Position numbers and translations under genes: made by a program. A model generated the notes under the pieces. It had not been told where the DNA came from. It saw only the letters and a list, made by a program, of their open reading frames with translations, and did no database searches. From a virus, in the IMG/VR virus record IMGVR_UViG_3300011271_000004, positions 1 through 64,000 of that record: a DNA stretch of 64,000 nucleotides; one strand, written 5' to 3'. Positions 51,096-58,986 of this stretch are shown here, one piece after another. Position 1 is the stretch's first letter, and each line of letters opens with the position of its first letter.

Positions 51096-51268
51096 AGCTG
51101 GTAGACACCCGGCAGGAGCATTACGCCGAAGCGGAGCGGCTGGTCGCCGGCTACACCAACCGGGACCTGCTGGCCGCAGAAGTCGCGGCAGCCATGACGG
51201 TGGCCCAGGTGCACGCGGCCCTGGCTGCCGCCCCGGCGGAACTGTTCACCGAGGAGCCCCGTGCCTAG
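51092..51268 (+). CDS. small helical protein
   Basis: GTGA overlap at 51092. 58 aa, below the ORF-track cutoff. Good codon bias. Confidence 0.4.
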   Translation: MKLVDTRQEHYAEAERLVAGYTNRDLLAAEVAAAMTVAQVHAALAAAPAELFTEEPRA

Positions 51269-51845
51269 CGTGCACCTGGTAGGCCCCGCCCCCACCGGCT
51301 GGGGTGAGGCGTGGTTCACCGAGGACCGCCGGTACCGGTGGAAGCTGCGCCGCTCGTGGCCGCCCGCCCTTGGCGGCGCTGAGCGCGGCGCGGTGTTCGC
51401 CATGTGCAACCCTTCCGATGCCAGCCACCGCCGCGACGACGCCACCGTGCGCAGGTGCGCCGGGTACGCCAAGGCGTGGGGCTGCGCCTACTTCGAGGCG
51501 GTCAACCTCTCCCCCAAGGTGGCCCACCGGCCCCCGGTGATGCTGGCCGACCTGGCCGCCGCCGGGGACCCGCCGTGGTGGCATGAGGAGAACATGCGCA
51601 CCATTGTGGCCACCTGCGCTGGCGTGGACGCCCCAGCGCAGCCCCTGGTGGTGCTGGCCTGGGGCGGCATAGCCACCCGCCCCGCCGTGGCCCCGCTGGC
51701 CGCCCTGGTGCGCGACAGGCTGGCCCTAGAAGGCATCCCCTGGCACGCCCTCGGCTTCACCAAGGACGGCGAGCCCAAACACCCCTTGTTCCAGCCAGCC
51801 GCCGCACCCTTGCTCACGGCAGATGGCCAACCGTGGCCGTTCTAA
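51261..51845 (+). CDS. DUF1643-like protein
   Basis: RYRWKLRRSW...AVFAMCNPSDAS...DDATVRRC...AVNLSP matches the DUF1643 layout as I recall it. Confidence 0.55.
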   Translation: MPSVHLVGPAPTGWGEAWFTEDRRYRWKLRRSWPPALGGAERGAVFAMCNPSDASHRRDDATVRRCAGYAKAWGCAYFEAVNLSPKVAHRPPVMLADLAAAGDPPWWHEENMRTIVATCAGVDAPAQPLVVLAWGGIATRPAVAPLAALVRDRLALEGIPWHALGFTKDGEPKHPLFQPAAAPLLTADGQPWPF

Positions 51846-51913
51846 GCTGGCTGTACCGCGCCGCCCCGGCCACCGCCCGGGGCGGCGCGGCTGATTGACA
51901 GGGAGCCCCGGTT

Positions 51914-53503
51914 GTGACCGTGCCCGCGTTCCGCCTGGCCGAGCAGCGGTACGACGAGGCCATAGAACTGGCCACCATCACCGAGCACCCCGACAACGCC
52001 AACGAGGGCGAGGTTGGCGTCATCGAGGAGTCGCTGGGCGAACTGGGGTTCTACGGGGCCATCCTGGTGCAAGAGGCCACCCGGCACATCCTGGTAGGCA
52101 ACCACCGGTACCGAGAGGCGCTGGCCCTAGGGGCCACCCACCTGCCCGGCTTCTGGTACACCGGCCCCGACGAGCAGGCCCGCAAGATCATGGCCGTGGA
52201 CAACCGGTCCACCCGCCTGGGTAAGGACAACCGGGCCAAGCTGCTGGCCTTGCTGCGGCCCTTGGGCACCTTGGCAGGCACCGGGTACCGCGAGCGGGAC
52301 ATGCTGGCGCTGCTGCGCGGCCAGGCCCCCGGCAGCGACGGCGCGCCCAGCTTGGCCGACCGGTTCATGGTGCCCCCGTTCGACGTGCTGGACGCCCGCT
52401 CCGGGTGGTGGCGGGCACGCAAAGCCCAATGGCTGGCCACCGGCATTCAATCCGAACTGGGCCGGCTGGGGGGGCTCGCGTACAAAGATCTGCGGCAGAG
52501 TCCTGCACCAGGCAAAGCGATGACGCACGCCCGCGCCGACCCTCGCTACTACGACCTGAAGGCCGCCGCCGAGGTGCGCGCCGGGCGCAAGCTGACCACT
52601 GAGGAGTTCGGTGCCGACTGGTACGAGGCCCCCACCGAGGGTCATGCCACCGGCACCAGCATCTTCGACCCGGTGTTGTGCGAGTTGGCGTACCGGTGGT
52701 GGTGCCCGCCTGGTGGCCAGGTGGTAGACCCGTTCGCTGGCGGCAGCGTGCGCGGCCTGGTAGCCGCCATCTTGGGCCGCGACTACCTGGGGGTGGACCT
52801 GTCCGCCGCCCAGGTAGCAGCCAACGAGGCGCAGGCGCAGGCGTTCCTGGTCGCCGGGCTGCTAGCGCAGCGCCCCGACACCACCGCGCTGGGCGTGGCT
52901 GGGCTGCGCGCTGCCATGGCCGCCGTGCCGCCGCCCCGGGTGCCCCGCTGGAAGACCGGCGATAGCGCCGAGTACCAGTGGCGGCGCGGCTGGGCCGACC
53001 TGCTGTTCACCTGCCCGCCGTATTACGACCTGGAGCGGTACTCCGACGACGAGGCAGACCTGTCGGCCATGGCAGAAGCCGAGTTCGACAAGGCGTACAC
53101 CGCCATCCTGGGCAACGCCACCACCGCGCTGCGCCGCCACCGGTTCGCCGTCGTAGTGGTGGGCGACGTGCGCACCTCAGACGGCCGCCTGCGGGACCTG
53201 CGCGGGCTGACGGTGCGGGCGATGGAACGCGCTGGGCTGACCCTGGCCTCCGGGGCGGTGCTGCTCACCCCCGTGGGCTCGGTGCGGATCGCCGCCGGGC
53301 GCGTCATGGACGCTACCCGCACCCTGGGCCGCGTCCACCAGGATGTGCTGGTGTTCGCCAAGGGCGACCGGGGCAAGGCCGCCAAGGCATGCGGCCACGT
53401 AGACACCTATGTGCCTGACGCCGTGGCAGAAGCCATGGCGACCGCTGGAGAGGAGCAAAGCAATGGCGTACCCAACCGCACCGGCCCCTGGGACGGCGGC
53501 TAG
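51914..53503 (+). CDS. ParB-like N-terminal domain fused to a DNA (N6-A/N4-C) methyltransferase
   Basis: ParB-like HPDNANEG...ILVGNHRYREA. SAM motif VVDPFAGGSVRG. Catalytic motif TCPPYYD. Confidence 0.75.
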   Translation: MTVPAFRLAEQRYDEAIELATITEHPDNANEGEVGVIEESLGELGFYGAILVQEATRHILVGNHRYREALALGATHLPGFWYTGPDEQARKIMAVDNRSTRLGKDNRAKLLALLRPLGTLAGTGYRERDMLALLRGQAPGSDGAPSLADRFMVPPFDVLDARSGWWRARKAQWLATGIQSELGRLGGLAYKDLRQSPAPGKAMTHARADPRYYDLKAAAEVRAGRKLTTEEFGADWYEAPTEGHATGTSIFDPVLCELAYRWWCPPGGQVVDPFAGGSVRGLVAAILGRDYLGVDLSAAQVAANEAQAQAFLVAGLLAQRPDTTALGVAGLRAAMAAVPPPRVPRWKTGDSAEYQWRRGWADLLFTCPPYYDLERYSDDEADLSAMAEAEFDKAYTAILGNATTALRRHRFAVVVVGDVRTSDGRLRDLRGLTVRAMERAGLTLASGAVLLTPVGSVRIAAGRVMDATRTLGRVHQDVLVFAKGDRGKAAKACGHVDTYVPDAVAEAMATAGEEQSNGVPNRTGPWDGG

Positions 53504-53885
53504 CTACACCACCCACGGTCAGGTGGCCCTGGTCCTGGACCTGTTGCCGGGGGTCGGCAACCCGCGCCTGATGACCCCATGGGAGGCCATGACCCTGGCC
53601 ACCGCGCTGCGCGCCGCCGCAGCCGCCCACCCCGGGTTCATCCCCTGCACCAGTTGCGGCGCGCCGATGATCTTCGGCTCCACAACGGCGAACAAGCGCA
53701 ACATGCCCTTGGACCCCGGCGACCACCCCGGGGGAAACCTGGTGGCCTGGTGGCACGACGACCGGCTGTGGGTGCGCGGCCACAAACCCGGCGAGGTGCT
53801 GGCCGCCGGGGAGCACCGCGTGGTGTCGCACTACGCCACCTGCACCAAACCCGATGCTCACCGCCGCCGCCCAGCGGCCCGGTAA
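53463..53885 (+). CDS. zinc-ribbon-like hypothetical protein
   Basis: ATG at 53463 follows GGAGAGGAGCAAAGCA. CTSCGAP...H..C pattern. It overlaps the methyltransferase 3' end. Confidence 0.5.
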   Translation: MAYPTAPAPGTAASYTTHGQVALVLDLLPGVGNPRLMTPWEAMTLATALRAAAAAHPGFIPCTSCGAPMIFGSTTANKRNMPLDPGDHPGGNLVAWWHDDRLWVRGHKPGEVLAAGEHRVVSHYATCTKPDAHRRRPAAR

Positions 53886-53954
53886 ACACCCGCCCAACAC
53901 CCCGCCTGGCGTGCTGTCCCGGCGGCACACCCCTGCGCTAATCTGGTGCCCTCA

Positions 53955-53993
53955 TGCGGGGGGTTGATGCCCGGGGCGGGCCGGCCCCCCGCA
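53955..53993. terminator. hairpin in the convergent gap
   Basis: TGCGGGGGG-21 nt-CCCCCCGCA. Confidence 0.4.
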
Positions 53994-54109
53994 CCCCTCC
54001 CCGGCAAGGTGGTGTCCGCCGTGTGCGCTCCTGGCCCCCATGACCCGTCAGACCAAGCTCTGCTAGCCCACGCCCGCCGCGCCAAGGCCCTGGGCATGTG
54101 CCCCCAGCT

Positions 54110-54334
54110 TCACAAGCTGGCCGCCGATGGCACCTGCCCCGAAGGCTGCGCGGTGCCCGACGACGACAACGGCCACGCGGCCACCACCGCCTCCAACACC
54201 GGGTCACCCGACAGCCACCCATCCAGCAGCGCGTTTATCGCCTCGGCCCTGTTAGTGCCTTGAAGCCGCGCCTTGGCGGCAGCGGCATCCCACCGCACCT
54301 GCGGCACGCGGACGTGTCGGACGGGTGTCGCCAT
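54110..54334 (-). CDS. ribbon-helix-helix regulator candidate, divergent from the transfer genes
   Basis: MATPVRHVRVPQVRWDAAAAKARLQGTNRAEAINALLDGWL fits an RHH layout. It competes with the plus-strand ORF 53946-54263, which shares third codon positions, so codon bias cannot decide between them. Confidence 0.45.
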   Translation of the reverse strand: MATPVRHVRVPQVRWDAAAAKARLQGTNRAEAINALLDGWLSGDPVLEAVVAAWPLSSSGTAQPSGQVPSAASL

Positions 54335-54707
54335 GCCCCCAAGGATGACACGCCCCAGGGCTATTGTGGGTGGACCTGTACCCACAACCTTGGAGGCCGC
54401 CGTGGTGCGCAAGCTTGCAGCCGCGTGGGCGTGGCTGGCCACCTGGCACCACCTGCGCCAGGCCGCCACCGTCCTGCTGGGCTGCCTGGCGCTTGGCGCA
54501 ACCGTGGCCGCATTCGGCCAGTCGTACTGGGCGCTGGTGGAGTGGGCGCGTAACCACCACATCCCCTGGCCCGCCACCTGGCCCCTGCTGGTGGACTCGT
54601 TTATGGCCATGGGCGAGGTGCGGCTATTCATCGCCGCCCTGGACGGCAAGCCCCAAGGCTCCCGGTGGGCGCGGTGTGGCGGGTACTGGCGTGGGCGTGG
54701 GCGCTGA
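54333..54707 (+). CDS. DUF2637-like membrane protein, N-terminal part (frame A)
   Basis: FGQSYWALVEWARNHHIPWPATWPLLVDSFMAMGEV resembles the DUF2637 core. The start is uncertain (ATG 54333 or GTG 54366). Confidence 0.5.
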   Translation: MPPRMTRPRAIVGGPVPTTLEAAVVRKLAAAWAWLATWHHLRQAATVLLGCLALGATVAAFGQSYWALVEWARNHHIPWPATWPLLVDSFMAMGEVRLFIAALDGKPQGSRWARCGGYWRGRGR

Positions 54708-55171
54708 CCGCTGTGGGCCTGGCCGCCAGCCTCGCCGGCAACATCGGCCACGCCGGGTGGCGCATGCCACCGGGCACCCTGGCCACCTTCGCCGTGGCCC
54801 CCGTAGCCGCTGCGGCGGCCCTGGGCACAGCGCTGGGCCTGGTGAAGGTGGCAGCCCCCGACACGGCCAAACCGGTAAACCCGGCGGCTACCGCCCAACC
54901 CCACCAGGAGGCGCACACCAGTGGTCCGGTGTCCCCGCCTACCGGGGGGGCGCAGAAGGCCGCACAGCGCCGCGCGCCGGCAACTGCCGCCCAGCGGGGC
55001 GGCGACGACCCGGCGGCCGTGGCGCAGGCCCGCAAGGCAATCATCAACGCAACATCAAGCGGCGAGGTGCTTACTGACCGTAAGCTCGCCCGAGCAACCG
55101 GTGTCACCAGGTACCGCGCGGCCGTGCTGCTGGCCGAGCGCGCCAACGGGCACCGGCCAGGAGAGGAGTAA
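54665..55171 (+). CDS. DUF2637-like membrane protein, C-terminal part (frame -1) with C-terminal HTH-like tail
   Basis: Two further TM helices (VLAWAWALTAVGLAASLAGNIGHA, LATFAVAPVAAAAALGTALGLV) would complete the domain. Confidence 0.5.
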   Translation: MGAVWRVLAWAWALTAVGLAASLAGNIGHAGWRMPPGTLATFAVAPVAAAAALGTALGLVKVAAPDTAKPVNPAATAQPHQEAHTSGPVSPPTGGAQKAAQRRAPATAAQRGGDDPAAVAQARKAIINATSSGEVLTDRKLARATGVTRYRAAVLLAERANGHRPGEE

Positions 55172-55173
55172 CC

Positions 55174-55563
55174 ATGGCCGCACCGGCCCCCGACCCGCAA
55201 GGCCCCGCCTACTCGATTGCCGCCCTGGCCCGCATCCCCGTCCGCGACGGGATGAAGGCCAGCGAGATCGCCTACCTGTGCAACTCCCAGGCCCACACCG
55301 CAGAGACCCTGGCCGGGGTGATCGACCAGCAGGCCCATGCCCTCCAAGGGATTATGGCCCGCACCCAAGGCAACATGTGGGACGCCTTCCGGGCGCGGCA
55401 GGCCGCCCGCCGCGCCACCCGCCCCATGCGGCAGGCCGCCGACCGGATCCGCGCCGGGGCTGCGTCGTCGCGGGCGTGCTGGCGGGTCACCTCCCAGGTG
55501 TTCGCCTCGGTGATGAACCCGACGCCTAAGCGCCAGCGCAAGGGACCGGACTGGACCAAGTAG
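55174..55563 (+). CDS. hypothetical protein
   Basis: ATG at 55174 follows GGAGAGGAGTAACC. 129 aa. Confidence 0.55.
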   Translation: MAAPAPDPQGPAYSIAALARIPVRDGMKASEIAYLCNSQAHTAETLAGVIDQQAHALQGIMARTQGNMWDAFRARQAARRATRPMRQAADRIRAGAASSRACWRVTSQVFASVMNPTPKRQRKGPDWTK

Positions 55564-55591
55564 CCACACCCCCGCTCGGAGGAAACCAGGG

Positions 55592-57703
55592 ATGGCAGCG
55601 AAACGCCCCCGCCCGGCCAGCATGGCCGAGCAGACCATGGAGCACGTGGTGGCCCATGAGGCCCGCCGGCTGGTCGTCATGGGCTGGCCGTGGCCGCTGT
55701 GGCTGTTGCTGTGGGCCGCCGGGTGGCGGCTGCACCAGGCGTGGCACACCTGGGGGACCGCCTGGATGGTTGTGCTGGCCGGCCTGGCGCTGGCCGGCCT
55801 GGCGCTGCACCTGACCCACCACCGCAAGAAGATCACCGGCCGGCTGCTGGCCCCGGTCACCACCCTGGCCGCCGCCGACTGGCTGGCGCTGGCCGAGGTG
55901 TACGGGGCGGCCACCCGCACCGAGCTATTCCGGGTGTGGCTCATCGGCGGCGGCACGGTGGCGCTGGGCTGGTCCATGTGGTTGCACATCCACGATGGCG
56001 GCGACGAAGCCGGGCACGCCCTGGGCCTGGATGAGGCCAGCACGCATACCAGCGTGCCGGGGCTGCGCGCCTGGGTGACTGAGCGGCTGCCCAACAAGGT
56101 AGCCGGGGTGATCCGCCACGCCCCCGGCATCACCACCGCCGAGGTGGTCAAGGCCACCGGGTCGCTGGAGTCGGCGCGGGGCCTGCCGCCGGGCACCTTG
56201 CAGGTGACCCAGCACCCGGACAACGCGCAGCTATCCAAGTTCGTCATGACCAATCCCCGGCTGCTGGACAAGCCCGCACTGTGGCCCGGTGCGTCGCGCC
56301 CCGGCGGCAGCTTCGCGGCCCCGATCCGGTACGGCCTGTTCACCGATGGCACCACCTGCGAGGTGCCGGCGAACAACTACCACGTGCAGATCATGGGCAA
56401 AACCGGGGCGGCGAAAACCACCGGGCCGGGGTACAACGAACTGGCGGAGACGATCACCCGCACCGACGCCGCCGTGCTGGCATGCGACCCGGCGAAGCGG
56501 CAGCAGTTCCTTGGCCCCTTGGCCCCCGCCTTGCACGAGTTCGCCACCACCCCCGGCGACACACGCGAGTTGTTCCACGCGGTGCTGTCGGACATGGTGC
56601 CGCAGCGCACCGACTACCTGGCCACCCAGGGGCTGACCCAGTGGCAGAAAGGCTGCGGGCTGACCCACTTGACGCTGTGGTGCGAGGAAGCCTCGTGGGT
56701 GTTCAACAAGTGCCTGACCGACCGGGACATCGAAAAGTGGGTGGTACCCGGGGTGGTGGCCGCCCGCTCCGCCGCCATCCGGTGCGCGTTCTCCATCCAG
56801 CGCGCCGACTTCACCATGATGCCCACCGTCATCCGCGCGCAGATGTGCCGCATCACCTGCGGGTGCGCTGGCAAAGACGACGCCGCCTTCGGCCTGACGG
56901 ATTACCAGGATGACCACGGCTGCGACCCCGCCCGGTGGGGCAGCGAGAAGCCGGGCATGTTCTACATCGACGTGGACGGGGTGCCCGACACCTACAAGGT
57001 GATGGCCGCACGCTCCTACTGGTGGGGGCCAGACTCAACCATGATCGCCCAGCACGCCCGCCAGTGGGCCATCGACGCCGGCCAGCGCCAGCCACTCGAC
57101 CGGCTGGCCGCCGCAACCCTAGGCGGCATGCACCACACCATGGCCCAAGCGGCCGAAACCAGCGGCCAGCCAGCCGCACCGGCCAAGGCTAGGCCGTCCA
57201 CCACCCTCACTGGCGGGCAGGCGCAGCAGCCACCCGCAGCCGCAGCAGCGGCCACCCAACAGGAGGGCCAAGCCATGGCCGACTACGAACCAGAAGACCC
57301 CGACGAGCCCACCGGGGCCGCCCACGACGATGGCCGGCTGTGGGCCGCCGCCGCCGGGGCCAGCGCTGGCGATTACGCCCCCGGCGACGTGGCCGCCGAC
57401 CCGGCCGTGGCCGACTTCGCCTTCGGCGACCCAGGCGCTGCCCCGGACAACGTGACCCGCCTGCCCCAAACCCTCGACCAGGCCATCGCCGCGCTGCGCC
57501 GCCAAGTCCGCACCTGGTGGACCCAAGGCGCAACCGAGATCACCATGGACATGGTGCTGGGCCTCACCGACGACCCCGACCACGAAAACTACATCGACCG
57601 CTCCCGCCCCTGGCTGTACCCGGCGATGGCCGCCTTGGTGGACGACCCGGAAATGCACCTGGAGCAGCACGACGGGCCGCGCAGGTGGACCCGCGCCGCA
57701 TGA
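55592..57703 (+). CDS. FtsK/SpoIIIE-family DNA translocase (Streptomyces TraB-like)
   Basis: N-terminal TM helices. Walker A-like IMGKTGAAKT. Walker B LTLWCEEAS. Acidic linker followed by a C-terminal region of about 90 aa. Confidence 0.75.
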   Translation: MAAKRPRPASMAEQTMEHVVAHEARRLVVMGWPWPLWLLLWAAGWRLHQAWHTWGTAWMVVLAGLALAGLALHLTHHRKKITGRLLAPVTTLAAADWLALAEVYGAATRTELFRVWLIGGGTVALGWSMWLHIHDGGDEAGHALGLDEASTHTSVPGLRAWVTERLPNKVAGVIRHAPGITTAEVVKATGSLESARGLPPGTLQVTQHPDNAQLSKFVMTNPRLLDKPALWPGASRPGGSFAAPIRYGLFTDGTTCEVPANNYHVQIMGKTGAAKTTGPGYNELAETITRTDAAVLACDPAKRQQFLGPLAPALHEFATTPGDTRELFHAVLSDMVPQRTDYLATQGLTQWQKGCGLTHLTLWCEEASWVFNKCLTDRDIEKWVVPGVVAARSAAIRCAFSIQRADFTMMPTVIRAQMCRITCGCAGKDDAAFGLTDYQDDHGCDPARWGSEKPGMFYIDVDGVPDTYKVMAARSYWWGPDSTMIAQHARQWAIDAGQRQPLDRLAAATLGGMHHTMAQAAETSGQPAAPAKARPSTTLTGGQAQQPPAAAAAATQQEGQAMADYEPEDPDEPTGAAHDDGRLWAAAAGASAGDYAPGDVAADPAVADFAFGDPGAAPDNVTRLPQTLDQAIAALRRQVRTWWTQGATEITMDMVLGLTDDPDHENYIDRSRPWLYPAMAALVDDPEMHLEQHDGPRRWTRAA

Positions 57704-57906
57704 CCGAGCACCGGCCGGCGCTCATCGTGGGCAACCCGGCCCCATCGGAACGGCCGCCGCCCACATGTAGCCGCTGCGGCGACCGGCTGGTCTGCATCCG
57801 ACGCGGGGTATGGCTGTACTGGTATTCCGCCCGGGGCACCCTGATGGCGCTTGAATGCCACGGGGCCGCCGAACCCGCCCGCGCAGGCGCACGCGGGTGC
57901 ACCTGA
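57700..57906 (+). CDS. small zinc-ribbon-like protein
   Basis: ATGA overlap with the translocase stop. CSRCGDRLVC motif. Confidence 0.45.
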   Translation: MTEHRPALIVGNPAPSERPPPTCSRCGDRLVCIRRGVWLYWYSARGTLMALECHGAAEPARAGARGCT

Positions 57907-58065
57907 CAAGATCACCTAGCGGGTGCCCGCTCGCGCGCATCTGTCAGGCTGTGCGCGGGCGGGGGCTGGGGGAGGGGTTCTCTCCCAGGCCACGCGGTTG
58001 TCAGATGGCCTGACAAGATCGTCTGACAGTCCCCTGACGTAGCCTTCTGACAAGGCGCTGACAAC
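57902..58065. repeat. array of 8 (C/T)CTGACA(A/G) repeats (6 direct, 2 inverted)
   Basis: TGAC(A/G) cores at 57905, 58011, 58024, 58035 (TGACG), 58047 and 58059 (direct), and at 57942 and 57999 (inverted). The last five are spaced 13/11/12/12 nt. CCTGACAAGATC occurs twice exactly. Confidence 0.85.
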
Positions 58066-58080
58066 CGGGAGGAGGCCAAG

Positions 58081-58449
58081 GTGGCTAAGCCTTTGAAGGA
58101 GCGGAAGCCGGCCCACGTGTGGGCCTGGGTGTGGGGTGCGTGGGGGGTGGCTGCGCTGGCGCTGCCCGCCTGGGTGCCCATCCTGGGGGTGTTGGCCATC
58201 CTGGGGTTCTACGCCCTGGTGTGCCGGGTGCTGCCCACCTACGACTGCCCGAGGTGTGCCGGTAAGGACCGTTCCGCCAGGCTGGTGGTGGCTGCCTTGG
58301 CCGCCCTGGTCGGCGGCCACCGGGCCGGGTGCCGCTCCAAGCGGTGCCACGGCGGCGAGCGCATCCGCCTGGGGGTGCGGCTGCTACAGCCCGCACGGGC
58401 GGAGTGGCTGGCACGCAACCCCGGCCGGCCCGAGCGGATTAGCGCATGA
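58081..58449 (+). CDS. membrane protein with Cys-rich cytoplasmic part
   Basis: GTG follows GGGAGGAGG. TM helices, then CPRCAGK...C..KRCHGG. Confidence 0.55.
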   Translation: MAKPLKERKPAHVWAWVWGAWGVAALALPAWVPILGVLAILGFYALVCRVLPTYDCPRCAGKDRSARLVVAALAALVGGHRAGCRSKRCHGGERIRLGVRLLQPARAEWLARNPGRPERISA

Positions 58450-58715
58450 GCGGCTACCACCCGCACCCGGTCACAACCGGGGCACCGGGGTGGGTGGTGC
58501 TGGCCGGCTGGGCGGTCATCCTGCTGGCCGGTGGAATCCTGGCCGGCTGCGCGCTGACGGTGGCTGGCCGGTGGGCGGCCACCCGGCTGCGGCTGATCGC
58601 CCGGCCGATGCACGACGACCACGGCCGTCAGCCACCCGTGGCTGGCTGGCCGGACTTCATGGCCGGGCATGCTGAGCTTCAGCCACCCGGAGAGGACAAG
58701 CCGTGGACCTGTTGA
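58446..58715 (+). CDS. membrane protein
   Basis: ATGA overlap with the previous gene. TM helix WVVLAGWAVILLAGGILAGCALTV. Confidence 0.5.
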   Translation: MSGYHPHPVTTGAPGWVVLAGWAVILLAGGILAGCALTVAGRWAATRLRLIARPMHDDHGRQPPVAGWPDFMAGHAELQPPGEDKPWTC

Positions 58716-58966
58716 CTGAACCGCCGTTCGTGGTGCTGCGCGCCGCGCGGGGCGTGCCGCCCGGGTGGATGCCTACGGAGCTAGAGGGCCGCTGGTATTC
58801 CCGCACGGACCTGCTTGGGGTACCACCGGCCAGCCACCTACAGCCACCCGGCCCGGCGGTGGCCATCCCGACCAGCCGCATCGAGCACCGCGACAGCGAC
58901 GGAGCGACGGCGCAGGTGTGGGAAGTGCACCCACGTGACGGCAACTACGCCAACGATGGCGACTAA
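58703..58966 (+). CDS. hypothetical protein
   Basis: GTG at 58703 follows GGAGAGGACAAGCC. 87 aa. Confidence 0.5.
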   Translation: MDLLTEPPFVVLRAARGVPPGWMPTELEGRWYSRTDLLGVPPASHLQPPGPAVAIPTSRIEHRDSDGATAQVWEVHPRDGNYANDGD

Positions 58967-58986
58967 CCTGGAGAGGAGCAGCCACG

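Noticed and set aside
53946-54263. 105-aa plus-strand ORF between the zinc-ribbon gene and the DUF2637-like gene
   Set aside because: It shares third-codon positions with the minus-strand RHH candidate (54110-54334), so codon bias cannot discriminate. The RHH reading has a textbook strand-helix-helix layout and the plus-strand reading has none. It is kept only as an alternative.
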